From: Breznakia blatticola
GTDB taxonomy: Bacteria > Bacillota_I > Bacilli_A > Erysipelotrichales > Erysipelotrichaceae
NCBI RefSeq assembly: GCF_004365815.1
Contig: NZ_SODD01000044.1
Coordinates: 1-20,725, forward strand
Length of the DNA stretch: 20,725 nt
Direction: 5' to 3'
Both the position numbers and the translations under genes were made by a program. The notes under the pieces are model-generated. The model ran no database searches. It was not told the origin of the DNA and saw only the letters and a list, made by a program, of their open reading frames with translations. Of the stretch, positions 1 to 6,967 are shown in pieces; positions within the stretch are counted from its first letter, which is position 1; each line of letters opens with the position of its first letter.

Positions 1-94
1 AACTGTCGAAACATGTTGGAAAGCCGTATACGTTAGTAGCGTACGTACGGTTTGATAAGGGGCGATTGAAGTAATTCAGTCGCCTACTTTTTAT
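1..94 (+). mobile_element. 3' terminus of a group II intron (domains V and VI), cut by the window edge
   Basis: 22..52 AGCCGTATACGTTAGTAGCGTACGTACGGTT fits the group II domain V pattern: AGC triad at the base, two helices split by a 2-nt bulge, and a 3' strand GTACGTACGGTT. Compare ai5gamma DV GAGCCGUAUGCGAUGAAAGUCGCACGUACGGUUC (from memory). 61..70 GGCGATTGAA pairs with 75..84 TTCAGTCGCC (loop GTAA) as a domain VI-like hairpin. A86 can be drawn as a bulged branch-point A, 7-8 nt before an ..AT end near 93-94. The 3' boundary is inferred. Confidence 0.75.
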
Positions 95-98
95 TGGA

Positions 99-545
99 TT
101 ATACTTGAAAAAGAATACCTAATATTCTCACAACCACAAAAAACAATACAAATCCAAGCAGAAACGGTATTGTCATTTTACCAGGTCCTTTTCCATATAA
201 CATTTCAAGTTCACCCATGGTTTTCTTTGGATTGTTGGGGTTTACATACAGTGTGATTTGCGCTGGTGCACGACCTTGCATTATTTTGTTTGTCTTATAC
301 ATCTTACTTCCAGGATTTATATAGTATTTATAGGTTGCTTTATAGTAAACGCTATTTTTTTCTTCATAATAGCGTCTTTGTTTTAGTAAGTATCCCGTTA
401 CTTCTAAACCATCTTGTTTTGCTTGCTCGATGGTTTTATACGCTTTTGCTTTGCTTTTATTTTGTATTTTCATCATAAAAATGAAGTAAATGATTGTAAT
501 TACTAAAGCAATACATAAGATGATAACCGTTTTCGTTTGTTCCAT
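99..545 (-). CDS. small membrane protein with DUF3592-like architecture
   Basis: 148-aa ORF with an N-terminal TM (VIILCIALVITIIYFIFMM), a soluble middle ending in ITLYVNPNNPKK (resembles the DUF3592 V.YdP.nP motif) and a C-terminal TM (IPFLLGFVLFFVVVRILGILF). ATG at 543-545 is preceded by a GGGGA RBS. Family assignment is from memory of the motif only. Confidence 0.55.
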   Translation of the reverse strand: MEQTKTVIILCIALVITIIYFIFMMKIQNKSKAKAYKTIEQAKQDGLEVTGYLLKQRRYYEEKNSVYYKATYKYYINPGSKMYKTNKIMQGRAPAQITLYVNPNNPKKTMGELEMLYGKGPGKMTIPFLLGFVLFFVVVRILGILFQV

Positions 546-628
546 TTATCTGTCCCCTTTTTCAAAAGTATAGCATATGAATTTCGTATCATACTATGTT
601 TTCTTTTTACGACACATAGGGCTTTCAT

Positions 629-660
629 AAAAAAAGTATGACTTTTTGATCATACTTTTT
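629..660 (-). terminator. rho-independent terminator of the PadR-DUF1048 operon
   Basis: Arms 631..641 AAAAAGTATGA and 650..660 TCATACTTTTT with an 8-nt loop. On the minus strand the stem is followed by the U-run encoded by the A-run 629..635. It overlaps the TAA at 659-661. A/T runs on both sides make it potentially bidirectional. Confidence 0.65.
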
Positions 661-1027
661 AATCTTTAAATCGTTTTGTTAGTTTCTCTTTTTCTTTATT
701 GACCCAAGAGTGATCAATTTCTTTAGCTAAACTATCTGCAAATTCACCAACATCATCTCCAGTAATTTGTTTTACCGATAAACCTTGTGCAACACCATCT
801 TCAAACATCTCAAGAAGTCCTCCGATTACTTGTTGAGCATTATGTCCTGATGTATCTGCATGTGACCATAAATATTTTTCTACATGTTCATAAACATCTT
901 TATAATCTTTAGGTAATGCTTCAATTCTCGCTTTGTATTTACGATATTCTTCTTTATCTTTTTTTATGTTTTTTAAACTTACAAGACCTTCTTTTATATA
1001 GTTTTTAATACTCATTTTTTCATTCAT
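659..1027 (-). CDS. DUF1048-family protein (PadR-associated)
   Basis: 122 aa. YRKYKARIEALPKDYKDVYEHVEKYLW....LLEMFEDGVAQGLSVKQITGDDVGEFADSL matches my memory of DUF1048 proteins that follow PadR regulators in Firmicutes. The GGAGGA RBS (1035-1040) overlaps the end of the PadR gene, with a 3-nt gap to the PadR stop. Confidence 0.75.
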   Translation of the reverse strand: MNEKMSIKNYIKEGLVSLKNIKKDKEEYRKYKARIEALPKDYKDVYEHVEKYLWSHADTSGHNAQQVIGGLLEMFEDGVAQGLSVKQITGDDVGEFADSLAKEIDHSWVNKEKEKLTKRFKD

Positions 1028-1030
1028 TTC

Positions 1031-1363
1031 TTAGTCCTCCAAATGTGTTTTTTGTATATGTTGTATTTTTGTGGATAGTTCATTCCATGATCGCCAAAAA
1101 GCATCTAACTGCTGTTGTCCTTGTGTATTTAATGTATAAAACTTACGCATTGGACCAATCGATGATGGTTTTTTACTAATATCTACCCACCCATTTTTTT
1201 CTAAACGAATCAGTATTGTATACACCGTTCCTTCAACAACATCTTCAAATCCTTGTTCATTTAGTGTTTTGGTAATTTCATATCCATACGTTTCCTGTTT
1301 TTTTATAATATCCAACACCAATCCTTCAAGAACACCTTTTAGCATCTCTGTTTGTTTAATCAT
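1031..1363 (-). CDS. PadR-family transcriptional regulator
   Basis: 110 aa. LKGVLEGLVLDIIKKQETYGYEITKTL....EGTVYTILIRLEKNGWV....RKFYTLNTQG is the canonical PadR winged-HTH signature. RBS AGAGG at 1371-1375. Confidence 0.85.
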   Translation of the reverse strand: MIKQTEMLKGVLEGLVLDIIKKQETYGYEITKTLNEQGFEDVVEGTVYTILIRLEKNGWVDISKKPSSIGPMRKFYTLNTQGQQQLDAFWRSWNELSTKIQHIQKTHLED

Positions 1364-1391
1364 ATGTTTACCTCTAATCGTACTAACTACT

Positions 1392-1442
1392 TTGTATCAC
1401 TTAATACAAGTAGATAGTAACACATAGTAGTGTAGTTGTCTA
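1392..1442 (-). promoter_or_regulatory. candidate sigma-A promoter plus palindromic operator of the PadR operon
   Basis: Minus strand: -35 TAGACA (1437-1442), 17-nt spacer, extended -10 TGtTACTAT (1414-1422). Immediately downstream is the palindrome TTGTA-N8-TACAA (1392..1409), with the same half-site spacing as the ATGT-N8-ACAT PadR operator consensus. Sequence inspection only. Confidence 0.4.
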
Positions 1443-1463
1443 CTATTTTGTCTTACTAAGTAG

Positions 1464-1503
1464 TACTATAATAACCCAATATATAAAATGGGTTATTATA
1501 GTA
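1464..1503. repeat. perfect 15-bp inverted repeat (hairpin), possible terminator or island boundary
   Basis: 1464..1478 TACTATAATAACCCA and 1489..1503 TGGGTTATTATAGTA are exact reverse complements separated by a 10-nt AT loop. It lies 40 nt downstream of the S8 stop (1543-1545). No U-run follows on either strand, so it is not a canonical intrinsic terminator. Confidence 0.5.
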
Positions 1504-1542
1504 TCAAGATAAAACTACACTTTGAAAACTAATTAAATTTTT

Positions 1543-3774
1543 CTATTCTAAAGTAATTTCTTCATTTGCTGTTTGATATATATCAATGCGATTTTCAACA
1601 TTGATGCGATTTACAAGCCATCCTTTAAAGTGACATTGTTGAATAAAATCATCAATTCTATTTACTCCATTTATCTCTTTTAAAGTAACTACAACACCAA
1701 ATCTAATACCCTCACCATCACTGTTACTCAAACGCTCTTTTGTTTTAATACTCATTCCCCACATTGGATTTTTATAGACTTTTTTACCTTTTGAACGTTC
1801 TTTGATAGGTTCACTAATATGCTTTACGTTATCCCATTTTCTAAATAATTTTCTCGCATCTTCTTCAAAAAGATAATGTTCCTTATCTTCAATACTCTGC
1901 TTGTTTTTGTTAATAGATTTTAGTATACCATTGTCATCAATTCTTCCAAAGTAAATATCCAACTCAGTATTAGTATAATCTACTCCTTGATTTCTAGAAC
2001 ATTTTGGGAAGTAACATAATGTAGCTTTTGCTACATATGGATGTTTATTTTGGTATATAGGAACTGGAAAACTGTACTTGTATGTATCATATTTTTCTGA
2101 CACACCCTCAACAACAAATTTAATTTCATCTTCTGTCGACTGTATAATATCCTCAATTCGTATAGGAACTACTCCATTTCCTTTAAGTGATAGTTCTTCA
2201 AAATCTTTATGATTTTCCCAACCAATAGCAGAGTCAATAATTAGAGCTTTAGCTATCTCCTTACTAAGTCCTATAACGTCTATAAGATAAGAAAGTTTTC
2301 TTGCAATCCATGGCGCAGCAAACGAAGTACCTGCTACTTTTGATTCTCCAAGAGGCTCACATACTGAAATATAATTATCCCTCGTTCCTCCATAATAACA
2401 AACATCTGGTTTAGTAAAAAAGGAAAGAACAATACCTCTTCTTGAATAATCTGCAGGTATATTATTTAAGTCCACAGAGTTAACTATTATTGAATTAATG
2501 GAGTCTGCTGGAGCACCAATTCTTCTGTTTTCATCTTTATCTCTATTATTTGTTCCAGCTATTACGAAAATCACATCGTTCTCAAATTGAATTTGATCCA
2601 AAACTGCTCCCTCTGCTGAGATAAAACTTTCTTTAATCTCATCATTAGAACCTAATGACAGATTCCATACTCTAATATCACGGTTTTCTGCCACAATTTC
2701 CTTAATAGTACGTATAATTGTAAATGAATTAAATGCTCTATTTGTTGCTACACCAAAATGACGTACTTTAAATCTTCCACAACCGTCATCTAGATGTGGA
2801 TTAATACTCGGTCCATCTACAATTAATGATGAAACTGCAGTACCATGTTTATAATCATCTGCATCTGTAGGAATATTTACATCTATTTTATTATGAAATT
2901 CTACCCATTCATGAAAATATACTCGTTCATCAAAAAGAGTATCTATAACTCCTATTGTGGGTTCATTCTTCGGTGATGGTATTAAGTTAGCATCGATTTC
3001 AAACGGTTCCGAGAAATCACTTGGAGAAAGTTCAGAAATATTTTCAACTGCCATTGCTACTAAATATGGTGCTTTTTGAAGAAGTGTATGTAAATACTGT
3101 TCATCCAATAAAACTGTTGTTTTATTTAAAATACGTTCGTTAAATATTGGAATTCCTAGTTTTTCTAATAACTCTTGTGTATTAGTTCCTGTATCATAAA
3201 GTGTCACAATAGAACTTTTATTTATTTCAAAATCAGCACGTTCTACATCAAACTTTTCGATATAAGAAGTATCTACGATTATTTTTTGAAATTTAGATTT
3301 TGAAGTATTATATGATTTACAATTAATACATTCAATGTTTTTTTTCTCATTAAAATAGATATCATTTATACTCCCATTAAACTCATTATTTAATATATTA
3401 ATCACATACTGTGCATTAATAATTGAATTTTCTATTGCCGAATAAGGAATAAAATGTGTAATTATATGTTTCTTTTTGTTGTCCGAAAATTTTGCTCCAA
3501 CAATTGTATCATTAGGAGATTTACTTCCATTACATAAAAAAAACTTACATCTGTTACTCTTAGCAATAATTGTATTGTAATAAACACTAATAAGACATCC
3601 GTTTAGTAGTTTCTCTATTTTCCAAAATCTCTTCATTTCTTCTAAATACAAAATTAAGCGTTCAATATCCTTTACACTTACTATACTATTTTTAGCCAAT
3701 TTTGGAGAACCTGGTTTACCAGGATTTTTTCTTTGATCAAAACTTCCTTTCAAGTTCAAAATATCATTTTTCAC
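1543..3774 (-). CDS. cytoplasmic S8 (subtilisin-like) serine peptidase with unassigned N- and C-terminal regions (IetS-like)
   Basis: 743 aa. Catalytic residues occur in subtilase order: D278 in IGVIDT (nt 2941-2943), H310 in KHGTAV (2845-2847), oxyanion Asn in IAGTNN (N409), S484 in AGTSFAAPW (2323-2325). No hydrophobic signal peptide (starts MKNDILNLKGSFDQRKNPGKPGSP). GTG start 3772-3774 has RBS AGGGAGG at 3781-3787, 1 nt after the upstream TGA. Confidence 0.9.
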   Translation of the reverse strand: MKNDILNLKGSFDQRKNPGKPGSPKLAKNSIVSVKDIERLILYLEEMKRFWKIEKLLNGCLISVYYNTIIAKSNRCKFFLCNGSKSPNDTIVGAKFSDNKKKHIITHFIPYSAIENSIINAQYVINILNNEFNGSINDIYFNEKKNIECINCKSYNTSKSKFQKIIVDTSYIEKFDVERADFEINKSSIVTLYDTGTNTQELLEKLGIPIFNERILNKTTVLLDEQYLHTLLQKAPYLVAMAVENISELSPSDFSEPFEIDANLIPSPKNEPTIGVIDTLFDERVYFHEWVEFHNKIDVNIPTDADDYKHGTAVSSLIVDGPSINPHLDDGCGRFKVRHFGVATNRAFNSFTIIRTIKEIVAENRDIRVWNLSLGSNDEIKESFISAEGAVLDQIQFENDVIFVIAGTNNRDKDENRRIGAPADSINSIIVNSVDLNNIPADYSRRGIVLSFFTKPDVCYYGGTRDNYISVCEPLGESKVAGTSFAAPWIARKLSYLIDVIGLSKEIAKALIIDSAIGWENHKDFEELSLKGNGVVPIRIEDIIQSTEDEIKFVVEGVSEKYDTYKYSFPVPIYQNKHPYVAKATLCYFPKCSRNQGVDYTNTELDIYFGRIDDNGILKSINKNKQSIEDKEHYLFEEDARKLFRKWDNVKHISEPIKERSKGKKVYKNPMWGMSIKTKERLSNSDGEGIRFGVVVTLKEINGVNRIDDFIQQCHFKGWLVNRINVENRIDIYQTANEEITLE

Positions 3775-3775
3775 T

Positions 3776-4819
3776 TCATACCTCCCTCAGTTCTCTTGCT
3801 ACCTGACTTTTTGAAATTCCCGTTAATAACTCGATTTCTCGAAGTGTAAACCCCAACTCTTTTAGTTCTAATAAAGATGGTTCTTTGTGTTCAAAATCTA
3901 TAAATTTCAGTAATCTTTTTAAATAGTCAAATTCATTACTTGGATCACTAAAAGCTAGAGATACCTTAATTATGTTTTTTAATTCTCCTGGATTCGGAAT
4001 ATTATCCATATTTTTCATTATTTTTCTAAAAAGTTTCATGTTTTTACCAGCATATTTAAATTTTTTTAGTAATCCATTAAGCATTATTTCAGATATATCA
4101 ATTAAATCTTCTTTCGAATATCTATTAAAATTGATAATTGAATCAAATCTTCTCACTAAGGCCTTATCAAAATTTTTAAACAAATTTGTTGTTGCAATTA
4201 ATACTACTTGATCATTTAATTGATCCAACTCTTTTAGAATAGTTGAAGTTACTCTTCCCATTTCTCTTAAGTCATTTGAATTCACTCTATCTAATGCAAT
4301 AACATCTATTTCATCAAATAAAATTAGTATTTTTGAAGGATGTGGTAATTTATTAATTTCACTAAAAACAGATACAATATTCTTAGCTGTTTGACCCATC
4401 TTGCTATCAATTAATTCGCTAAATTCAATCATATATAATTTTCTATTTAGCAATCGTGCAACTTGCTTCACCGTTTCTGTTTTCCCTGTACCTGGTAATC
4501 CTTCAAATAAAAATTTATTAATTCCCACATCATGATTAACTGCGTTAATTATTCCCTTTATATCGTCTGTAATTTCTTTAGGCAGAGGTAATGGCTCGCT
4601 ATTTACTTCAACTTCTTTAAAAAATGTATTTTCAAAATACTCTCCCTGTGGTACAAATGTATTTGCATTTGATAACAAACTCATAATGTACTCTGATAAT
4701 TGGTGATCACCATTTTTATCAAAATATCGAGCAATTTCAATTGCTTCATTTCTAAATTGCATGTCATTTTTTTCTGTATAATATTTAATTAAGTTAAGTA
4801 TATTTTTCTTTTTCATCAT
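3776..4819 (-). CDS. single-module classical AAA+ ATPase with C-terminal HTH-like tail (IetA-like)
   Basis: 347 aa. Walker A GLPGTGKT (aa 107-114, nt 4478-4501), Walker B ILILFDEID (aa 164-172), sensor-1 LIATTN, arginines in LVRRFD. The C-terminal aa 315-347 LLELKELGFTLREIELLTGISKSQVARELREV look like a helix-turn-helix. GGAGG RBS at 4826-4830, 6 nt before ATG 4817-4819. Confidence 0.9.
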   Translation of the reverse strand: MMKKKNILNLIKYYTEKNDMQFRNEAIEIARYFDKNGDHQLSEYIMSLLSNANTFVPQGEYFENTFFKEVEVNSEPLPLPKEITDDIKGIINAVNHDVGINKFLFEGLPGTGKTETVKQVARLLNRKLYMIEFSELIDSKMGQTAKNIVSVFSEINKLPHPSKILILFDEIDVIALDRVNSNDLREMGRVTSTILKELDQLNDQVVLIATTNLFKNFDKALVRRFDSIINFNRYSKEDLIDISEIMLNGLLKKFKYAGKNMKLFRKIMKNMDNIPNPGELKNIIKVSLAFSDPSNEFDYLKRLLKFIDFEHKEPSLLELKELGFTLREIELLTGISKSQVARELREV

Positions 4820-4839
4820 CTACTACCTCCTGTATATAT

Positions 4840-4881
4840 ATTTTAACACATTTTGGGACAAAAATACATTAAATGGGACAA
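4840..4881 (-). promoter_or_regulatory. candidate promoter and tandem direct repeats upstream of the ATPase-protease operon
   Basis: Minus strand has an extended -10 TGtTAAAAT (4840-4848) with no good -35. Plus-strand repeats are ACATTttGGGACAA (4848-4861) and ACATTaaaTGGGACAA (4866-4881). The TGGGACA cores at 4854-4860 and 4874-4880 are 20 bp apart and cover the spacer/-35 area. Several other AT-rich -10-like hexamers exist, so the TSS is unresolved. Confidence 0.3.
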
Positions 4882-4980
4882 TTTCTTTTTTTATTATAAT
4901 TTACAAAGAAGTTGAATAATTTTAACCTTATTATAGAAATAGTATATAATCCTTTTTTCTAATAAGCACAATTTTTGATA

Positions 4981-5004
4981 TAAAAAAACACCCTTTCGAG
5001 TGTT
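4981..5004 (-). terminator. rho-independent terminator after jag
   Basis: The minus-strand RNA reads AACACUC-GAAA-GGGUGUU followed by UUUUU. That is a 7-bp stem with one G.U pair (arms 4987-4993 / 4998-5004) and a GAAA tetraloop, starting at the last base of the jag TAA. Confidence 0.8.
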
Positions 5005-5615
5005 TAGTCTTCGCTATAACAGATTTTCAAACGACGTTGGTTTCCATCACCCTCAGATACAGTTGTAATGTGATCAAATGTTGATAGATGATTGTGAATT
5101 GCTTTACGTTCATCATTTGGCATTGGATCTAAAACTGCATCCGTTTTGGTTTGTTGAACACTTTTTGCAACACGTGTTGCAATTGATACAACTTTGCGGT
5201 AGCGTTCTTCCTTATATCCATTAATATCAACTAATGTTGAAATACGTTTTTTGAATGTTCCTGATACTGCTGCTTTTAATACCGTATTCATGGCTTGTAA
5301 TGTTTGACCATTCTTACCAATTAAAATCGCATTGTTTCTTGCATTAATTGTTGCTTTATAGAAGTTATCATCTTCCTCTTCAACACTTAATTCGATTTCC
5401 ATTTCCATGTTATCGAAAAATTGAAGAATATAATCATAAACAAAATCTAAGATATCACGTTTTGTAAATGCTTCAACTGTAATTTCTTTTCCGACTCCTA
5501 GAAATCCTGCTTTTTCTTCAAGAATTTTATATGTAATATCTTCGATATCTACATCTTCTTGTGTGGCAATCGTTTCTAGAATTTCATCAATTGATTTCCC
5601 TGTATATGTTTTCAT
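5004..5615 (-). CDS. jag: Jag/KhpB RNA-binding protein (Jag_N + KH + R3H)
   Basis: KH-like IGKNGQTLQAMNTVL and C-terminal R3H LDPMPNDERKAIHNHL....GDGNQRRLKI, in the conserved position downstream of yidC. I prefer ATG at 5613-5615 (MKTYTGK; RBS AGGTGG 5621-5626) to the GTG at 5624 in the ORF track. Confidence 0.85.
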   Translation of the reverse strand: MKTYTGKSIDEILETIATQEDVDIEDITYKILEEKAGFLGVGKEITVEAFTKRDILDFVYDYILQFFDNMEMEIELSVEEEDDNFYKATINARNNAILIGKNGQTLQAMNTVLKAAVSGTFKKRISTLVDINGYKEERYRKVVSIATRVAKSVQQTKTDAVLDPMPNDERKAIHNHLSTFDHITTVSEGDGNQRRLKICYSED

Positions 5616-5624
5616 AGCAACCAC

Positions 5625-6512
5625 CTAGTCTTTAATAAAGAATTTATCAATCACAATATTTTGAATTACACGAACACATGAACTAACTAATAAGTAGAAT
5701 GTCATACCTAATGGCCAGCTAAATCCTAAGAATACCATCATTGCTACAGAAACATACATCATCATGTTCATGTTTCCAGCCATACCTTTTTTCTCAGGTT
5801 GTGCATATTTCTTAATTTTTCTATTCTTTTCATTACGACGTTTCGCTAAAATTTGAGGAATTTTGAATGAAACAAATTGCATCACTGCCATTAATAAGAA
5901 AATTACAATAACTGGAATTTCCATTTCACCAATTGCAGCTTGTGGTGTCATCGTTAAATCAATTCCAAAGAATGATCCTGTATAAACTGATGATGCTCTC
6001 ATACATGCTTGATAGATACCAATCATAATTGGTAATTGAATAAATAACGTTACGATTGAACCCATTGGGTTGATGTCGTGTTTTTTATATAGCATTTGAA
6101 GTTCTTGGCTCATACGCATTTTACTTGCTTGATCCGTTTTACCTTCATATTTTGCTTGAATTTTAGCTTGCTCACCTTGAATCATTTGCATCTTTTGTGT
6201 TTGTGCTTGTTGTTTAATTGTAAATGCAGCTGTAATTACGTTTACAATAATTGTTGTCACAATAATACCAACCCCTGCATCAGAGAATGTTGCAACCCAG
6301 TTGATCATTTGTGCCATTGGCCAAACAAAGATGTTAAACCATCCATCACCAATACTCTTTAAATATGGTGTACTAAGGAAAATTAATTGTTCCTTATCTA
6401 CAGTACCATCTGCGTTACGTGGTGAACTACACCCAGCAACAAAAACTATTAAGAACAATGAGAAGATAATTAACTTCTTATGATCTTTTATATACTTTTT
6501 AATCATGTTCAT
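5625..6512 (-). CDS. yidC: YidC/OxaA/SpoIIIJ membrane protein insertase (lipoprotein form)
   Basis: 295 aa with lipobox LIVFVAGCSS, multiple TM segments, a conserved Oxa1 core and a basic C-terminal tail (KRRNEKNRKIKKYAQ). Syntenic with rnpA and jag. Confidence 0.9.
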   Translation of the reverse strand: MNMIKKYIKDHKKLIIFSLFLIVFVAGCSSPRNADGTVDKEQLIFLSTPYLKSIGDGWFNIFVWPMAQMINWVATFSDAGVGIIVTTIIVNVITAAFTIKQQAQTQKMQMIQGEQAKIQAKYEGKTDQASKMRMSQELQMLYKKHDINPMGSIVTLFIQLPIMIGIYQACMRASSVYTGSFFGIDLTMTPQAAIGEMEIPVIVIFLLMAVMQFVSFKIPQILAKRRNEKNRKIKKYAQPEKKGMAGNMNMMMYVSVAMMVFLGFSWPLGMTFYLLVSSCVRVIQNIVIDKFFIKD

Positions 6513-6537
6513 TTTTCTACTCCATTTCTAAAAATGC

Positions 6538-6870
6538 TTACTTTTTAATTCTAACTTGTTTTACTATTCTTTCCAAGTTATTTTTGTTGTTTTTATAGTC
6601 GTTTTCAAGATAATCTTCGCGAATAAGTAAAATTGAATCGAAATCTTCTTCAAAACTATAAATTTCCTGAACCATCATTCGCACTTGTCGTTTAACTTTA
6701 TTTCTTACAACTGCATTTCCAATCTTCTTTTTTACCGTAATTCCAACACGCGGAATATCTTCTTTACGTTTTCTAACATATAAAATAATTCCTTTGGATT
6801 TGTAAAATTGTCGATTTTTGATGATTTCAGTAAATTCATCTGCTTTTTTGATCCTGTATGCTTTTTTCAT
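6538..6870 (-). CDS. rnpA: RNase P protein component
   Basis: RNR motif GNAVVRNKVKRQVR, small basic protein, in the rpmH-rnpA-yidC order. The GAGGA RBS (6877-6881) abuts the track start at 6876 but sits 6 nt from ATG 6868-6870, so I use 6870. Confidence 0.9.
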   Translation of the reverse strand: MKKAYRIKKADEFTEIIKNRQFYKSKGIILYVRKRKEDIPRVGITVKKKIGNAVVRNKVKRQVRMMVQEIYSFEEDFDSILLIREDYLENDYKNNKNNLERIVKQVRIKK

Positions 6871-6889
6871 ATACATTCCTCACATAAAT

Positions 6890-6919
6890 AAAAATATCTC
6901 GCCAAGACGAGATATTTTT
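6890..6919 (-). terminator. hairpin between rpmH and rnpA (attenuator/terminator-like)
   Basis: Perfect 12-bp arms AAAAATATCTCG (6890-6901) and CGAGATATTTTT (6908-6919) with a 6-nt loop. The T-rich run continues on the minus strand. The stem is AT-rich, so strength is uncertain. Confidence 0.45.
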
Positions 6920-6967
6920 AAAGCGTTGTTATTAAACTCATGTTTATCATTTTAACTGTTATATTAA

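Noticed and set aside
1543-3774. The S8 protein as an ordinary secreted or sporulation-type subtilisin
   Set aside because: It has no signal peptide, lipobox or TM segment at the N-terminus, it is translationally coupled to an AAA+ ATPase, and it has large non-catalytic flanks. An intracellular partner-regulated protease fits better, although this needs a SignalP/HMM check.
3776-4819. The AAA+ protein as a housekeeping ATPase (SpoVK/CbbX-like, FtsH fragment or a DnaA/DnaC-like loader near oriC)
   Set aside because: It has no protease or TM domains of FtsH and no DnaC/IstB motifs. It is coupled to the S8 gene, carries an HTH-like tail, and sits in what looks like an inserted segment. SpoVK-like ancestry of the AAA module itself cannot be excluded without profile searches.
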